From an uncultured Chloroflexia bacterium (lineage in GTDB: Bacteria; Chloroflexota; Ktedonobacteria; Ktedonobacterales; JADMIN01): 32,000 nt of DNA. Positions within the stretch are counted from its first letter, which is position 1; each line of letters begins with the position of its first letter. Below the pieces are notes generated by a model. The model saw only the letters and a list, made by a program, of their open reading frames with translations. It did no database searches and was not told the origin of the DNA. This document shows, piece by piece, positions 7,655 through 16,462 of this stretch. The position numbers and the translations under genes are program-made. The DNA is taken from positions 90,001 through 122,000 of the forward strand of contig CAVRAI010000007.1 in the NCBI GenBank assembly GCA_963718915.1, read 5' to 3'.

Positions 7655-9460
7655 CTACTTTGGGGCGGGATAGACCGAAAAATAGTAGAACATGCCGACC
7701 GCATGGCTATTGCCCAGCCAGAGACCAACGTGGCCATATGACGGCGTCTCACTGGATTCATCGTGGTAGATGCCAACCAAGTTATCGCGCACAAAACACA
7801 AATAGTCCCGACCACGCATGATCACCGCTAGATAGTTGTTGGCATCCTTCCCAGTCTGGACAGCATCGCTGTGATCGTTGCTCATGAGGACTATTCGTTG
7901 CGCCGTCGCGCCATTTGCCACATGCATGCGAGCCAGCATCCACCCACCCGACGAGGTTAACGTAAACACGACCTTGTCAGCCCCGTCGGCGCTTTCGTGC
8001 AAAACGACGCCGATGTCACTCGGAGGAGTAACACCCTTCAGTCCGGCTGTCAACTCAACCGTGGCGTCACCATACTGCTGCGGCAACACAGCCTCCATAG
8101 CTCGCCCGTCTGGCGCGCCCGTCAAATAATAGCCGTCAGCCTTGAAGGAATAGCTACCATCATCCACCTTCGCGGCATGATTCGGCCAGGCGCCGTCGTT
8201 GGTGCGGAAGTCGATGGTATAGTAGGGCGACTCGTAATCAATATGCTGCTCGATGAGGTCGGAATACCGGAATACCTGGATTCCCTGGGCAACTAGACCA
8301 ACAATGATCGCCACGACCGCGAGCGAGAGTATCGCGATCTGGCTCGCCTTGAGCCAGTGTGGCCAGGTTGTCCCCAGCCGCCGCGTCGCGGGATGGCCAG
8401 TCTGTGCCTCGCTTGCCAGCCGGAGCTGTGAGGGCAGAAGCGGAGTGAGCAATTCGAGCGTGCCTATGCTAAGCTGCGTCAGAGTTCCAGTCACATCGCG
8501 CAGACTGAGATGGGTGCGGGCCACGATGAGACGCGAGAGGCGCTCGCTGTCGGCGAGCTGCTCCGCTGACGCTTCGTCCGAAACGGGCCACGAGATCGAG
8601 CGTTCGGTGGTCGCGAGTGTATATGCGGTCGCCTGAGACGTCCCATTCTCTATGATGCTCCCCTTGAGATGCACATTGTCGTCGACCTTATAGAACGCGC
8701 GCGCATCATGCCAGGCGAGGGGCTGCTCCCTGTCGCGGCGGCCAGCGATCTGACGTATCCCCCAGTCGTCGGCTACGATCTGTACCTCCTCCACCCGTCC
8801 CACGCCACGTAGCCGCTGCACGACGACGACGATGAATCCGATGAGGCTTAGCAGAGTGGTTAATGCGAACAGGCCCAGCATGATGAGGAACATGGGGCGC
8901 ATCCATGCTGTGATAGGGCTACCATCGAGGTAAGGCGAAGCGACAACAAAGGCAGCGATGCATATCGCGCTCACGCCGAGGCTCACGAGCAGCATCGCGG
9001 CAGACTGACCGAGCGTCGAGTGCGAGCGACGACGTTTCGCCGATCCGAATGGCCCGAACGTGACAGGACGAATCGGCAGTTCCGAGATGGGAAGCGGCTC
9101 AGGCTGCTCGGCGGCGAGCGGGGCAAGTTTGTCGTCGCCAGATATCGCTGCCGCACGTACACGCTCCGCCTGGGAGCGGGCGTCCCGCATGAACGGGCGC
9201 AATCGTTGCAGGACCGATCCCAGTGTGCTGACGCCGAAAAACGCAATGGTCATGCCGCCGAGGGCGTACGCCGAGAACCAGAAATGTTGCCAGTATAGCT
9301 CGTACCCGTTCTGGAACGCCAGCCAAACCTGCCAGCCCGCGTAGATCGCAACGCTCAGTGACGCAAGCCCGAGGATCCACAACAGTGCCGGGATAACTCC
9401 CAGTGACGAGTCTGCCTGTGGCCTGTACCTGTGTGAGGTATCGTCGCCTTCAGTGGTCAT
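7655..9460 (-). CDS. Multi-pass membrane protein with C-terminal extracytoplasmic beta-sandwich (ConA-like lectin/glucanase-type) domain; hypothetical
   Basis: 601-aa ORF with hydrophobic helices near aa 20-85, 155-215 and 378-400. The C-terminal 190 aa (YSFKADGYYLTG...VELTAGLKG...VVFTLTSSGGWMLAR...YLAVIMRGRDYLCFVRDNLVG...GHVGLWLGN...FYYFSVYP) has the strand pattern of jelly-roll lectin-like domains. The domain call is inference. Confidence 0.7.
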   Translation of the reverse strand: MTTEGDDTSHRYRPQADSSLGVIPALLWILGLASLSVAIYAGWQVWLAFQNGYELYWQHFWFSAYALGGMTIAFFGVSTLGSVLQRLRPFMRDARSQAERVRAAAISGDDKLAPLAAEQPEPLPISELPIRPVTFGPFGSAKRRRSHSTLGQSAAMLLVSLGVSAICIAAFVVASPYLDGSPITAWMRPMFLIMLGLFALTTLLSLIGFIVVVVQRLRGVGRVEEVQIVADDWGIRQIAGRRDREQPLAWHDARAFYKVDDNVHLKGSIIENGTSQATAYTLATTERSISWPVSDEASAEQLADSERLSRLIVARTHLSLRDVTGTLTQLSIGTLELLTPLLPSQLRLASEAQTGHPATRRLGTTWPHWLKASQIAILSLAVVAIIVGLVAQGIQVFRYSDLIEQHIDYESPYYTIDFRTNDGAWPNHAAKVDDGSYSFKADGYYLTGAPDGRAMEAVLPQQYGDATVELTAGLKGVTPPSDIGVVLHESADGADKVVFTLTSSGGWMLARMHVANGATAQRIVLMSNDHSDAVQTGKDANNYLAVIMRGRDYLCFVRDNLVGIYHDESSETPSYGHVGLWLGNSHAVGMFYYFSVYPAPK

Positions 9461-9568
9461 GCCCAGTTGCGCTCCGGTTTATCTGCGCTGTGATAGGCCA
9501 CGCCGACTACAGTTGGATTGCAGCGGCGAGACCATATCCATGATGACATCGCGAAAGGATACTCAAAG

Positions 9569-10066
9569 CTATGAGCCGTTCGCCTGCCCGTCGAGGACGG
9601 CGAGCACCTCGGCGGCGTGGCCCTCGGGATGCACCTTCTCCCAGACGTGCTCGATCACGCCGTCTGGCCCGATGGCGAAGGTCACGCGCGAGATGCCCAT
9701 ATACGTCTTGCCGTACATGCTCTTCTCGCCCCAGACGCCGTACTTCTCCGTCACCTCGCCGCCTTCGTCGGAGAGCAGCGTGAACGGCAGGCCGTATTTC
9801 TCGGCGAACTTCTGGTGCGACTGGACGCTGTCGCGGCTGATGCCCAGCACGGGAACGCCGCGCTGCTCCAGCGTGTGCCAGTTATCGCGGAAGCTGCACG
9901 CCTCGGTAGTGCAGCCGGGGGTGTCGTCTTTGGGGTAGAAGTAGAGCACTACGTGATGTCCACGGAGCGTCGAGAGCGTCACCATGCTGCCGTCACTCGC
10001 GGGCAGCGTGAAATCCGGCGCGGGTGTCCCCGCCACCGGGATGTTATTGGTCGCGTCTGCTGTCAT
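9569..10066 (-). CDS. bcp: Thiol peroxidase, Bcp-type peroxiredoxin
   Basis: APDFTLPASDG...VVLYFYPKDDTPGCTTEACSFRD is the canonical Bcp/PrxQ active site. AAGGAGG RBS upstream of the ATG. Confidence 0.9.
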   Translation of the reverse strand: MTADATNNIPVAGTPAPDFTLPASDGSMVTLSTLRGHHVVLYFYPKDDTPGCTTEACSFRDNWHTLEQRGVPVLGISRDSVQSHQKFAEKYGLPFTLLSDEGGEVTEKYGVWGEKSMYGKTYMGISRVTFAIGPDGVIEHVWEKVHPEGHAAEVLAVLDGQANGS

Positions 10067-10111
10067 GAAATTGCCTCCTTATGCTCAAGCATACCGCAGA
10101 TTGCAAGATAG

Positions 10112-10717
10112 TTATAGCCAGCCTTTTTCTTCGGCGATATGCGCCGCCTCGATACGATTGTGCGCGTTGAGCTTCTGCATCGCCACCGAGAGATAGTTGC
10201 GCACGGTGCCCTCGGAGAGATAGAGCGAGGCGGCAATCTCGGCGATACTCGCGCCATGGGCAGCCGCCGCCAGCACGTCGCGCTCGCGCTCGGTCAGCGG
10301 GCTGACGCCGTCACTCAGGGCGGAGACCGCCAGTGTCGGATCAACCACCCGCTCGCCCGCCATCGCCCGGCGGATGGCCGAGGAAAGCTGCGCCGCCGGG
10401 GCATCTTTGAGCAGGAAGCCGACGACTCCGCTCTCCATCGCTCGTCGCAGGTAGCCGGGACGCCCGAATGTCGTCAGCATCAGGATGCGGCAGGCTGGCA
10501 ACTGCGCGTGCACCTGCGCGGCGGCGGTCAGGCCGTCGCAGCCGGGCATCTCGATATCCAGCAGCGCCACATCCGGCTTTGCGGCAAGCGCGGCGGCGAC
10601 CACCTCATCGCCACGGGCAACCTCCGCCACGATCTCCATATCAGCCTCCAGTGAGAGCAGCGCCACCAGCGCGCCCCGCACCATCGCCTGATCTTCGGCC
10701 AACAGAATGCGAATCAT
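10112..10717 (-). CDS. NarL/FixJ-family response regulator (REC + LuxR-type HTH)
   Basis: MIRILLAEDQAMVRGAL...DVALLDIEMPGCDG (receiver domain) and LTERERDVLAAAAHGASIAEIAASLYLSEGTVRNYLSVAMQKL (LuxR HTH). Start at ATG 10717 rather than the track start 10753. Confidence 0.9.
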   Translation of the reverse strand: MIRILLAEDQAMVRGALVALLSLEADMEIVAEVARGDEVVAAALAAKPDVALLDIEMPGCDGLTAAAQVHAQLPACRILMLTTFGRPGYLRRAMESGVVGFLLKDAPAAQLSSAIRRAMAGERVVDPTLAVSALSDGVSPLTERERDVLAAAAHGASIAEIAASLYLSEGTVRNYLSVAMQKLNAHNRIEAAHIAEEKGWL

Positions 10718-10831
10718 GGATGCCGCCTTCTCTCGCGCACATCGGGCATACATCGCCGTCCGATACTAGCAGTTAACGCTTTCCAGCGACGATACGCCAG
10801 TGATGAATGACATTTCTTGCTACTCATGGTC

Positions 10832-11013
10832 GGCTGGCGACTGAAGTCGTGCCTGAAGGGCCTCGGTTGCTGCGCGCGCTCCGCCACAAAACCCGCCGTC
10901 GCGGGTTCACAGAGCTGCTCGCCAGCGGGTATCCCGTTGGGTTACGGTCTGGTCAGTCCGCGCAGGCGGACTTCGTGGCCGCAGGCCCTTCAGGCGCGGT
11001 TTGAACCGCCCGC
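10832..11013 (+). repeat. Copy A of a ~180-nt multi-hairpin dispersed intergenic repeat
   Basis: The 5' 18 nt (ggctggcgactgaagtcg) are identical, and the 3' 59 nt (10955-11013) are 57/59 identical, to the reverse complement of 31041-31215. Internal hairpins include aacccgc-cgtc-gcgggtt and agtccgc-gcag-gcggact. Closing stem gcctgaagggcc (10851-10862) pairs with ggcccttcaggc (10984-10995). Confidence 0.85.
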
Positions 11014-11203
11014 GCTGCTCACCCAGCGCGTGTCCCTCCTATTTTCTAAAACTACATTAACCGCCCGCGTTTCTCGCCAGATGTCATAGCTTCTCATTCC
11101 CCATGTAACGCCGCTTGACATCGCGGGGACTATTGGGCACGGTAATGAGGACGGCGTGAACAGCGTCCACTGAACGATGGCATTGGGAGGAGAGAAAGAC
11201 ATC

Positions 11204-11752
11204 ATGAGCGGATCAACAGACCCACAGAGGCAGGCGGCGACGCTGATCGCGCGTTTCGACGCGGCGTGCGACGGCTTCCTCGTGGCCTTCGCCCAGGCGC
11301 CTGATGAGGCGCTGCCCTATACACCCGCTGGCGAGGAATACGCTCTGGGTATTCTGCCGCTACACCTGCAAGACTCGATGAATCACTATCTCGATGTCTA
11401 CGACCGTATGGCTGCCGCGAACTTTGGGCCGGTGGATCTGGGCGCCGACCCCACGCTCGCGCAGCAGGAGGCCGCACAACACCAGCGACTCGTCACGACA
11501 AAGCCCACCAGCGCGGACCGTGCCGCATTGCTCGACGACCTCAATGCGACCCACAAGAGGGTTACGGAGCGGTTCGGCGTGCTTGACGACGCGGCAGTAA
11601 CGCGCCAATCCGATGTTGTCTATTCCCCCGGAACCGATCCCTATCCCACCTCGGTCGCCGCTATCTTCGGCTGGCTGACCGACCATTACGACGAACACAT
11701 CGTGCAGACCGCGCAACTGCTGGCGCACTGGCAGGCGGAACAGGCGCGATAG
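11204..11752 (+). CDS. DinB-family (DinB_2-like four-helix-bundle) protein
   Basis: ORF 11177-11752; ATG 11204 follows GGAGGAGAGAAAGAC. His-containing helices ([14 protein letters not shown]; [12 protein letters not shown]) are typical of the DinB/YfiT superfamily. Family call is from memory. Confidence 0.65.
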   Translation: MSGSTDPQRQAATLIARFDAACDGFLVAFAQAPDEALPYTPAGEEYALGILPLHLQDSMNHYLDVYDRMAAANFGPVDLGADPTLAQQEAAQHQRLVTTKPTSADRAALLDDLNATHKRVTERFGVLDDAAVTRQSDVVYSPGTDPYPTSVAAIFGWLTDHYDEHIVQTAQLLAHWQAEQAR

Positions 11753-11772
11753 TCTCCACTGAAAGGACGGAC

Positions 11773-13164
11773 ATGGTGGCGACGGAACAGTATGATTGTC
11801 TGATTCTCGGCTCGGGACAGGCGGGCGGGCCGCTCGCCACAGCGCTGGCGCAGGCGGGGCGCAAGACCGCCATCGTCGAGCGCGTGCATGTCGGCGGCAC
11901 CTGCATCAACGAGGGCTGCACCCCCACCAAGACGATGGTCGCCAGCGCGCGCGTCGCCTATCTCGCCCGGCGCGGCGGCGACTATGGCGTCGATGTTGGC
12001 GATATGACGGTGGATATGCAGCGGGTACGCCAGCGCAAGCGCGATATCGTCGATAGCTTTCGCGGGGGCAGCGAGCGCCGCCTTGAGGACAAGCCAAACC
12101 TCGACCTGATCTATGGCGAGGCGTGCTTTACCGGGCCAAAGACCGTGCGGGTCACGCTGAACTCCGGCGTCATCCGCGAACTGACCGCCGAAACGATCTT
12201 TATCAATACGGGAGAGCGGCCAGCCGACCCGAATGTGCCGGGGCTCGATCCGGCGGGCGCCCTCAACTCCACCTCGATCATGGAGCTGGACGCCGTGCCG
12301 TCGCACCTACTGGTCATCGGCGGCGGCTATGTCGGGCTGGAGTTCGCCCAGATGTTCCGCCGCTTCGGCAGCCAGGTGACGATTATCCAGCGCGGCAGGC
12401 AACTGCTCGGACGTGAGGATAGCGATGTCGCCGAGGCCGTGGCGCAGATTCTGGCGGAGGATGGCATCGAGATTCTGCTGAACAGCGCACCGACGCAAGC
12501 GACGACGGCTGGTGATAGCGTGACGCTGCACGTGAAGACGCCGGACGGCGAGCGCGATCTCACCGGCTCGCATGTGCTGGCGGCGGCGGGGCGCGTCCCC
12601 AACACCGAGGCGCTGAACCTCGCGGCGGCGGGCGTCGCCACCAACGAGCGCGGCTACATCCAGGTGAACGAGCGGCTGGAGACGAATGTGCCGGGCATCT
12701 ACGCGCTGGGCGATGTGAAGGGGCCGCCCGCCTTCACGCACATCTCCTACGACGACTTCCGCATCATCCGCACCAATCTGCTGGAGGGTGGAAACGCCAC
12801 GATCACCGACCGGCTCGTGCCCTATACCGTCTTCATCGATCCGCAACTTGGGCGTGTCGGGCTGGGCGAGGACGAGGCGCGACAGCAGGGGCGCAACATC
12901 AAGGTGGCGAAGATGCCGATGTCTTGGGTGGCGCGCGCCGACGAGGTGGATGAGTCGCGCGGCTTCATGAAGGCGGTGGTGGATGCCGGGACACGGCAGA
13001 TTCTGGGCTGCGCGATCCTCGGCATCGAGGGCGGCGAGCTGATGGCGATGATAGAGATCGCGATGCTGGGGCGCCTGCCCTACACGGTCCTGCGCGACGC
13101 GGTCTTCGCCCACCCCACCCTCGCCGAGTCGCTCAACAACCTCTTCTCGTCGCTGGATGTATGA
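11773..13164 (+). CDS. Class I pyridine nucleotide-disulfide oxidoreductase (FAD-dependent; RclA/YkgC- or 'mercuric reductase-like' subgroup)
   Basis: GSGQAGG FAD-binding motif, redox-active [13 protein letters not shown], second Rossmann [12 protein letters not shown], and C-terminal FAHPTLAES His-Glu dyad region. No NmerA domain and no C-terminal Cys pair. Confidence 0.85.
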   Translation: MVATEQYDCLILGSGQAGGPLATALAQAGRKTAIVERVHVGGTCINEGCTPTKTMVASARVAYLARRGGDYGVDVGDMTVDMQRVRQRKRDIVDSFRGGSERRLEDKPNLDLIYGEACFTGPKTVRVTLNSGVIRELTAETIFINTGERPADPNVPGLDPAGALNSTSIMELDAVPSHLLVIGGGYVGLEFAQMFRRFGSQVTIIQRGRQLLGREDSDVAEAVAQILAEDGIEILLNSAPTQATTAGDSVTLHVKTPDGERDLTGSHVLAAAGRVPNTEALNLAAAGVATNERGYIQVNERLETNVPGIYALGDVKGPPAFTHISYDDFRIIRTNLLEGGNATITDRLVPYTVFIDPQLGRVGLGEDEARQQGRNIKVAKMPMSWVARADEVDESRGFMKAVVDAGTRQILGCAILGIEGGELMAMIEIAMLGRLPYTVLRDAVFAHPTLAESLNNLFSSLDV

Positions 13165-13203
13165 TTGGAGATCAACCGGTATTCGGGGACGAGAGTCAGC
13201 GCC

Positions 13204-14865
13204 CTAATGGATCTCGCTATCGGATGTCGCCAGTAGCTTTGCCAGCGCGTCGTCGGCTGCGTCCTGCGTTGCCTGCGCGCTATCATGGCGGAGTATGCTC
13301 AGCCGATCCATCACTGGCGCGGGCGACGGGGAACGGAGCTGTCCAAGCGCCTGAACAACCGCTGTTCGCACATCTGATCGCGAATCCTGGGATGCGGTCA
13401 CGAGATGCTCGATGGCTGCCGGGGTTCCCGCTGAGCTTAACGCCACCGCCGCCGCTGTGCAGACGCCTGCGTATTCGTCTGTGAGCAGTTGCGCCAACGA
13501 TTCAACTGGGGCGCTGCTTCCCAACTGTCCAAGGGCTGTGGCTGCCGCGGCGCGCACCTGCCAGTCGTCGTCTTCGAGTGCCCGGCAAAGTGGATCGCCG
13601 ACGCCGCGCGTTCCCAGAATCCGGGCTGCCGCTACTCTGACGTAGGGGTTACTGTCTGTCAGGCAACGAACCAGGCTCATCCAGCGGCGCCTGCTCTCTC
13701 TGCACGCCGAGCGACCGCAATGCGGCGACGCGCACGTATTCGCTGGAATCGTCGAGCATTGGAAGGATGGCCGAAAGCAGCGCCGGATCGTCGCGCGCTC
13801 CAAGCGCCAGAACAGCGGCGGCGCGCACATGGGCGCTGATGTCGTTCAAAGCACTGATGAGCGGTTGAGACGGAACGTGCTTCCCAAGAGATCCCAGGGC
13901 CAGTGCGGCGGCCTCGCGAATAATATCATCTGGGTCGTTCAATGCTGCCATAATCGGCTCGAAGGCTATGCCCTCTCCCAGGGAGCCCAGGGCCAACAAA
14001 GCTGTGAAGCGCACCTGTGTGCGTCCGCTTTCGAGGAGGCGTAGCAGCGCGGGTATCACCGTACGATCATCGAGACGACCCAGCGTCGTGGCGATGGCCG
14101 CCTGTGCCTCAACATCGTCTGTGGCAAGTTCGGCGACCAGGGCGTCACGCGGGGCAGAGCGTCCCAAGGTTCCCCAGGGCGCGCGCCGCTGTATCGCGCA
14201 CCTCCGTAGCTGGATGCGTAGAGACACGCCATCAGACTGTCAATCGGCGCCTGCTCTCCGAGATGCGCCAGCGCGCGCGCGATTGCCTCGCGCACCTCGG
14301 CATTCGCATCACCCATTGCCCTCAGCAGGGCTGGTATGGAGGCAGATGTACCCACATACTGCAGAGGTTCTCGCGGCAATCAGGCGCACGGTGCCATTCA
14401 TGTTCCCCAGCGCCATTTCCATGCGCACTCGCGCCACGTCCGCTAATGCCCGGTCAGCGAGTCGCCACTTCTGGCGCAAGTGGCAAGAAGGCGCTTCCAC
14501 CGTATGGCCTGTCCGCTGTGCGCGGCCTTGATCAGTAACTCGATCCATTCCAGGATGATTACCCGCGCGATGTCGGGCGCATCATCTGGCCCACTGGCGC
14601 CAGCCGCTGCCCGTCCCGATTCCTCCGCAGACTCCGGCAATTCGGAGAGCGACCGCACCGCCAGCGTCAGCGCCGCATCGCCAATATCGCCTTCTGGAAG
14701 CATTCGCTGGGCGACCAATGTCGTCAACCAATCGCGCGCGAACCCTTTACTGCCATCGTCAGTCGCGGTTGCCAGAATTCCGATAAATAGCTGAAGAACG
14801 CCCTGCCATTGCTGCGCAAACCGATGTCCGCGCAATACCTCCCAAATAGCTGTACGGGCAGCCAC
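13204..14865 (-). pseudogene. HEAT-repeat (PBS-lyase/EZ-HEAT type) C-terminal region of the upstream NACHT gene, split over at least 7 frame segments
   Basis: HEAT consensus (D..VR..AA.ALG.LG...A...L) continues across track ORFs 14443-14865, 14309-14548, 14056-14379, 13649-14227 and 13204-13830. A short frame-2 piece I translated (STHPATEVRDTAARALGNLG, about 14165-14220) also carries it. See findings. Confidence 0.7.
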
Positions 14866-16462
14866 ATCGCCTGACTGTCAATCGTCGCGCCAGCGCCTCC
14901 GCCGCCAGGAATTCCTGGAATGTCTGGTGAATGAATCGGTAGCGGTCACGGGCTACGGCCTCGATCAGCCCGGAATTGATGACGCTCCTGGCAAGGTCGG
15001 CGCGGTTGAAACCATCATGGTGCTCGCGCTGGATCTCGCCAAGAAACGCCAGCAGGGCATCCATAGAGAACATTCCGGGGGAGGATTGCAGGCGCAACGC
15101 GATCTCGCCGAGGATTTCGCGCAGCACAAGGCGTCGGGCCATGTCGGCTTCACGCACCTTGAGCACCTCGTCGCTGACTTCGCTATAGAGCGCCGCGCGA
15201 TTAGGTGGAAGCCTGCCGATCCGTCCAAAGATGAGCGCGGCCAGACTGAAGAGCAACGGATTGTCTCCCCAGAGCGCCGCCTGGCGATGATGCTCAATCA
15301 GGCCGACAAAGATGGCTGGCGAGCCAGCCTCGCCACGCAGGAGCTTCCTGGCCAGTTGCTCGCGCATGGGATGATCGAGCGGGCGTAGCTCCCATTCCGC
15401 GAAGTTTCCCTGTGACAGGTCTGTGCGGGCGTAGTCGGTAAGGCGCGACCCAACCACCCATGCGCTACCCCAGCGCGACGAGAAGTCGGCGATCAGTTTC
15501 GTGACGTCCTCGCGCGCCTCAGCAGGGACATTGTCAAGCCCATCGAGACAGATGAGCGCCTGGCTGTCCTGCATCACCTGCCAGATAACATTCGCATATC
15601 CGGCGTCCAGCTCCAAATCGGTGACGACGGTATCGAGATACTGGCGCAGTGAGATGTGCGACTGCGCAAAGTGGGGCAGCGAGATGAACACGGGCAGCGG
15701 CGCCTGCTCATCACTCTGGGCATGCAGCGCGGCCTGAGTGACCAGCCGCTTCAACATCGTCGTCTTGCCGCTGCCAGGGCCGCCGAGCACAACAATCCTG
15801 CGCGCCGGGCTTTTCTCCAGAGCATCCTCGCCGCTCTCCGCGATGACATCCGCCTGCTCGCGCTCGGCAGGCAACCGGTCACTGGCGTCATCCGTGGCTT
15901 GCCCAATTGCGGCGCTTTCCGCGGTGTCGAGTGATGGGTCGCGGCGTAGCCGCAGCGGCTGGAACACCTGATTGAGCGCGAATTCATGCACTGGCTGTGT
16001 CGGCAACGACACCGTATTGTATCGGTGAAGCACCGCCGCGAGATAGTGCGCGCGGGCGGTCAGGGTATCTTGCGGATAGGCGTCATGGTAGCGCTTGGCA
16101 AGGTAGCCGACGGGCGCAAGGAGAACCAGCAGCGCCAGCCCAATGTAGGTAGGAGCGGGATACTGCGCCACGAGTGAATTGAACAGCCCCCAGGAGGTGA
16201 TCTCTTTCCAGAATGGATCCCACCCCTTATGGATCAGCGTCGGCGTCGCGTTGGTGACATACGCGGTTGCCACGGCGGCAACTACGAGCCACCAGCGAAA
16301 CAGAATCCAGCGCATCCAGCGTGGCAGCCGCGCGATCACCCGAACGCCCAATGGCACGCCACGAGCCGAAGCAGGCGGTACGGACGGACGAGTCGAAGAG
16401 CCAGTTACACCGCTCTCGGCTTCTGGCTGCGCTTCTTCGACGGGAGGAGCCTGTTTCATCAT
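14759..16462 (-). CDS. 2TM-NACHT STAND NTPase (intact N-terminal 1.6 kb of a NACHT-HEAT gene; the last ~35 codons of this ORF are out-of-frame read-through)
   Basis: TM helices WILFRWWLVVAAVATAYV and TYIGLALLVLLAPVGYL. Walker A VVLGGPGSGKTTMLKRL (about 15758-15784), Walker B ALICLDGLDNV, and YRFIHQTFQEFLAAEALA. The ATG overlaps the stop of the upstream kinase gene (ATGA). Confidence 0.8.
   Translation of the reverse strand: MMKQAPPVEEAQPEAESGVTGSSTRPSVPPASARGVPLGVRVIARLPRWMRWILFRWWLVVAAVATAYVTNATPTLIHKGWDPFWKEITSWGLFNSLVAQYPAPTYIGLALLVLLAPVGYLAKRYHDAYPQDTLTARAHYLAAVLHRYNTVSLPTQPVHEFALNQVFQPLRLRRDPSLDTAESAAIGQATDDASDRLPAEREQADVIAESGEDALEKSPARRIVVLGGPGSGKTTMLKRLVTQAALHAQSDEQAPLPVFISLPHFAQSHISLRQYLDTVVTDLELDAGYANVIWQVMQDSQALICLDGLDNVPAEAREDVTKLIADFSSRWGSAWVVGSRLTDYARTDLSQGNFAEWELRPLDHPMREQLARKLLRGEAGSPAIFVGLIEHHRQAALWGDNPLLFSLAALIFGRIGRLPPNRAALYSEVSDEVLKVREADMARRLVLREILGEIALRLQSSPGMFSMDALLAFLGEIQREHHDGFNRADLARSVINSGLIEAVARDRYRFIHQTFQEFLAAEALARRLTVRRCGCPYSYLGGIARTSVCAAMAGRSSAIYRNSGNRD

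Noticed and set aside
10807-11004. ORFs 10807-11004 (+) and 30969-31190 (-) share the peptide SAQADFVAAG(P/H)SGAV, which could be read as a small conserved protein family.
   Set aside because: The shared peptide is simply the translation of the conserved 59-nt block of the dispersed repeat. Substitutions between copies preserve hairpin stems rather than codons, and there is no RBS.
11115-11120. A perfect TTGACA hexamer upstream of the DinB-family gene, as a promoter -35 element.
   Set aside because: There is no acceptable -10 hexamer at 16-19 nt spacing (only cacggt/ggtaat-like sequences), so the promoter call is not supportable.
11773-13164. Mercuric reductase (MerA) call for the CxxxxC flavoprotein.
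   Set aside because: It has no N-terminal HMA/NmerA domain, no C-terminal vicinal Cys pair (the protein ends ...NNLFSSLDV) and no mer operon genes nearby. I kept it as a generic class I disulfide oxidoreductase.
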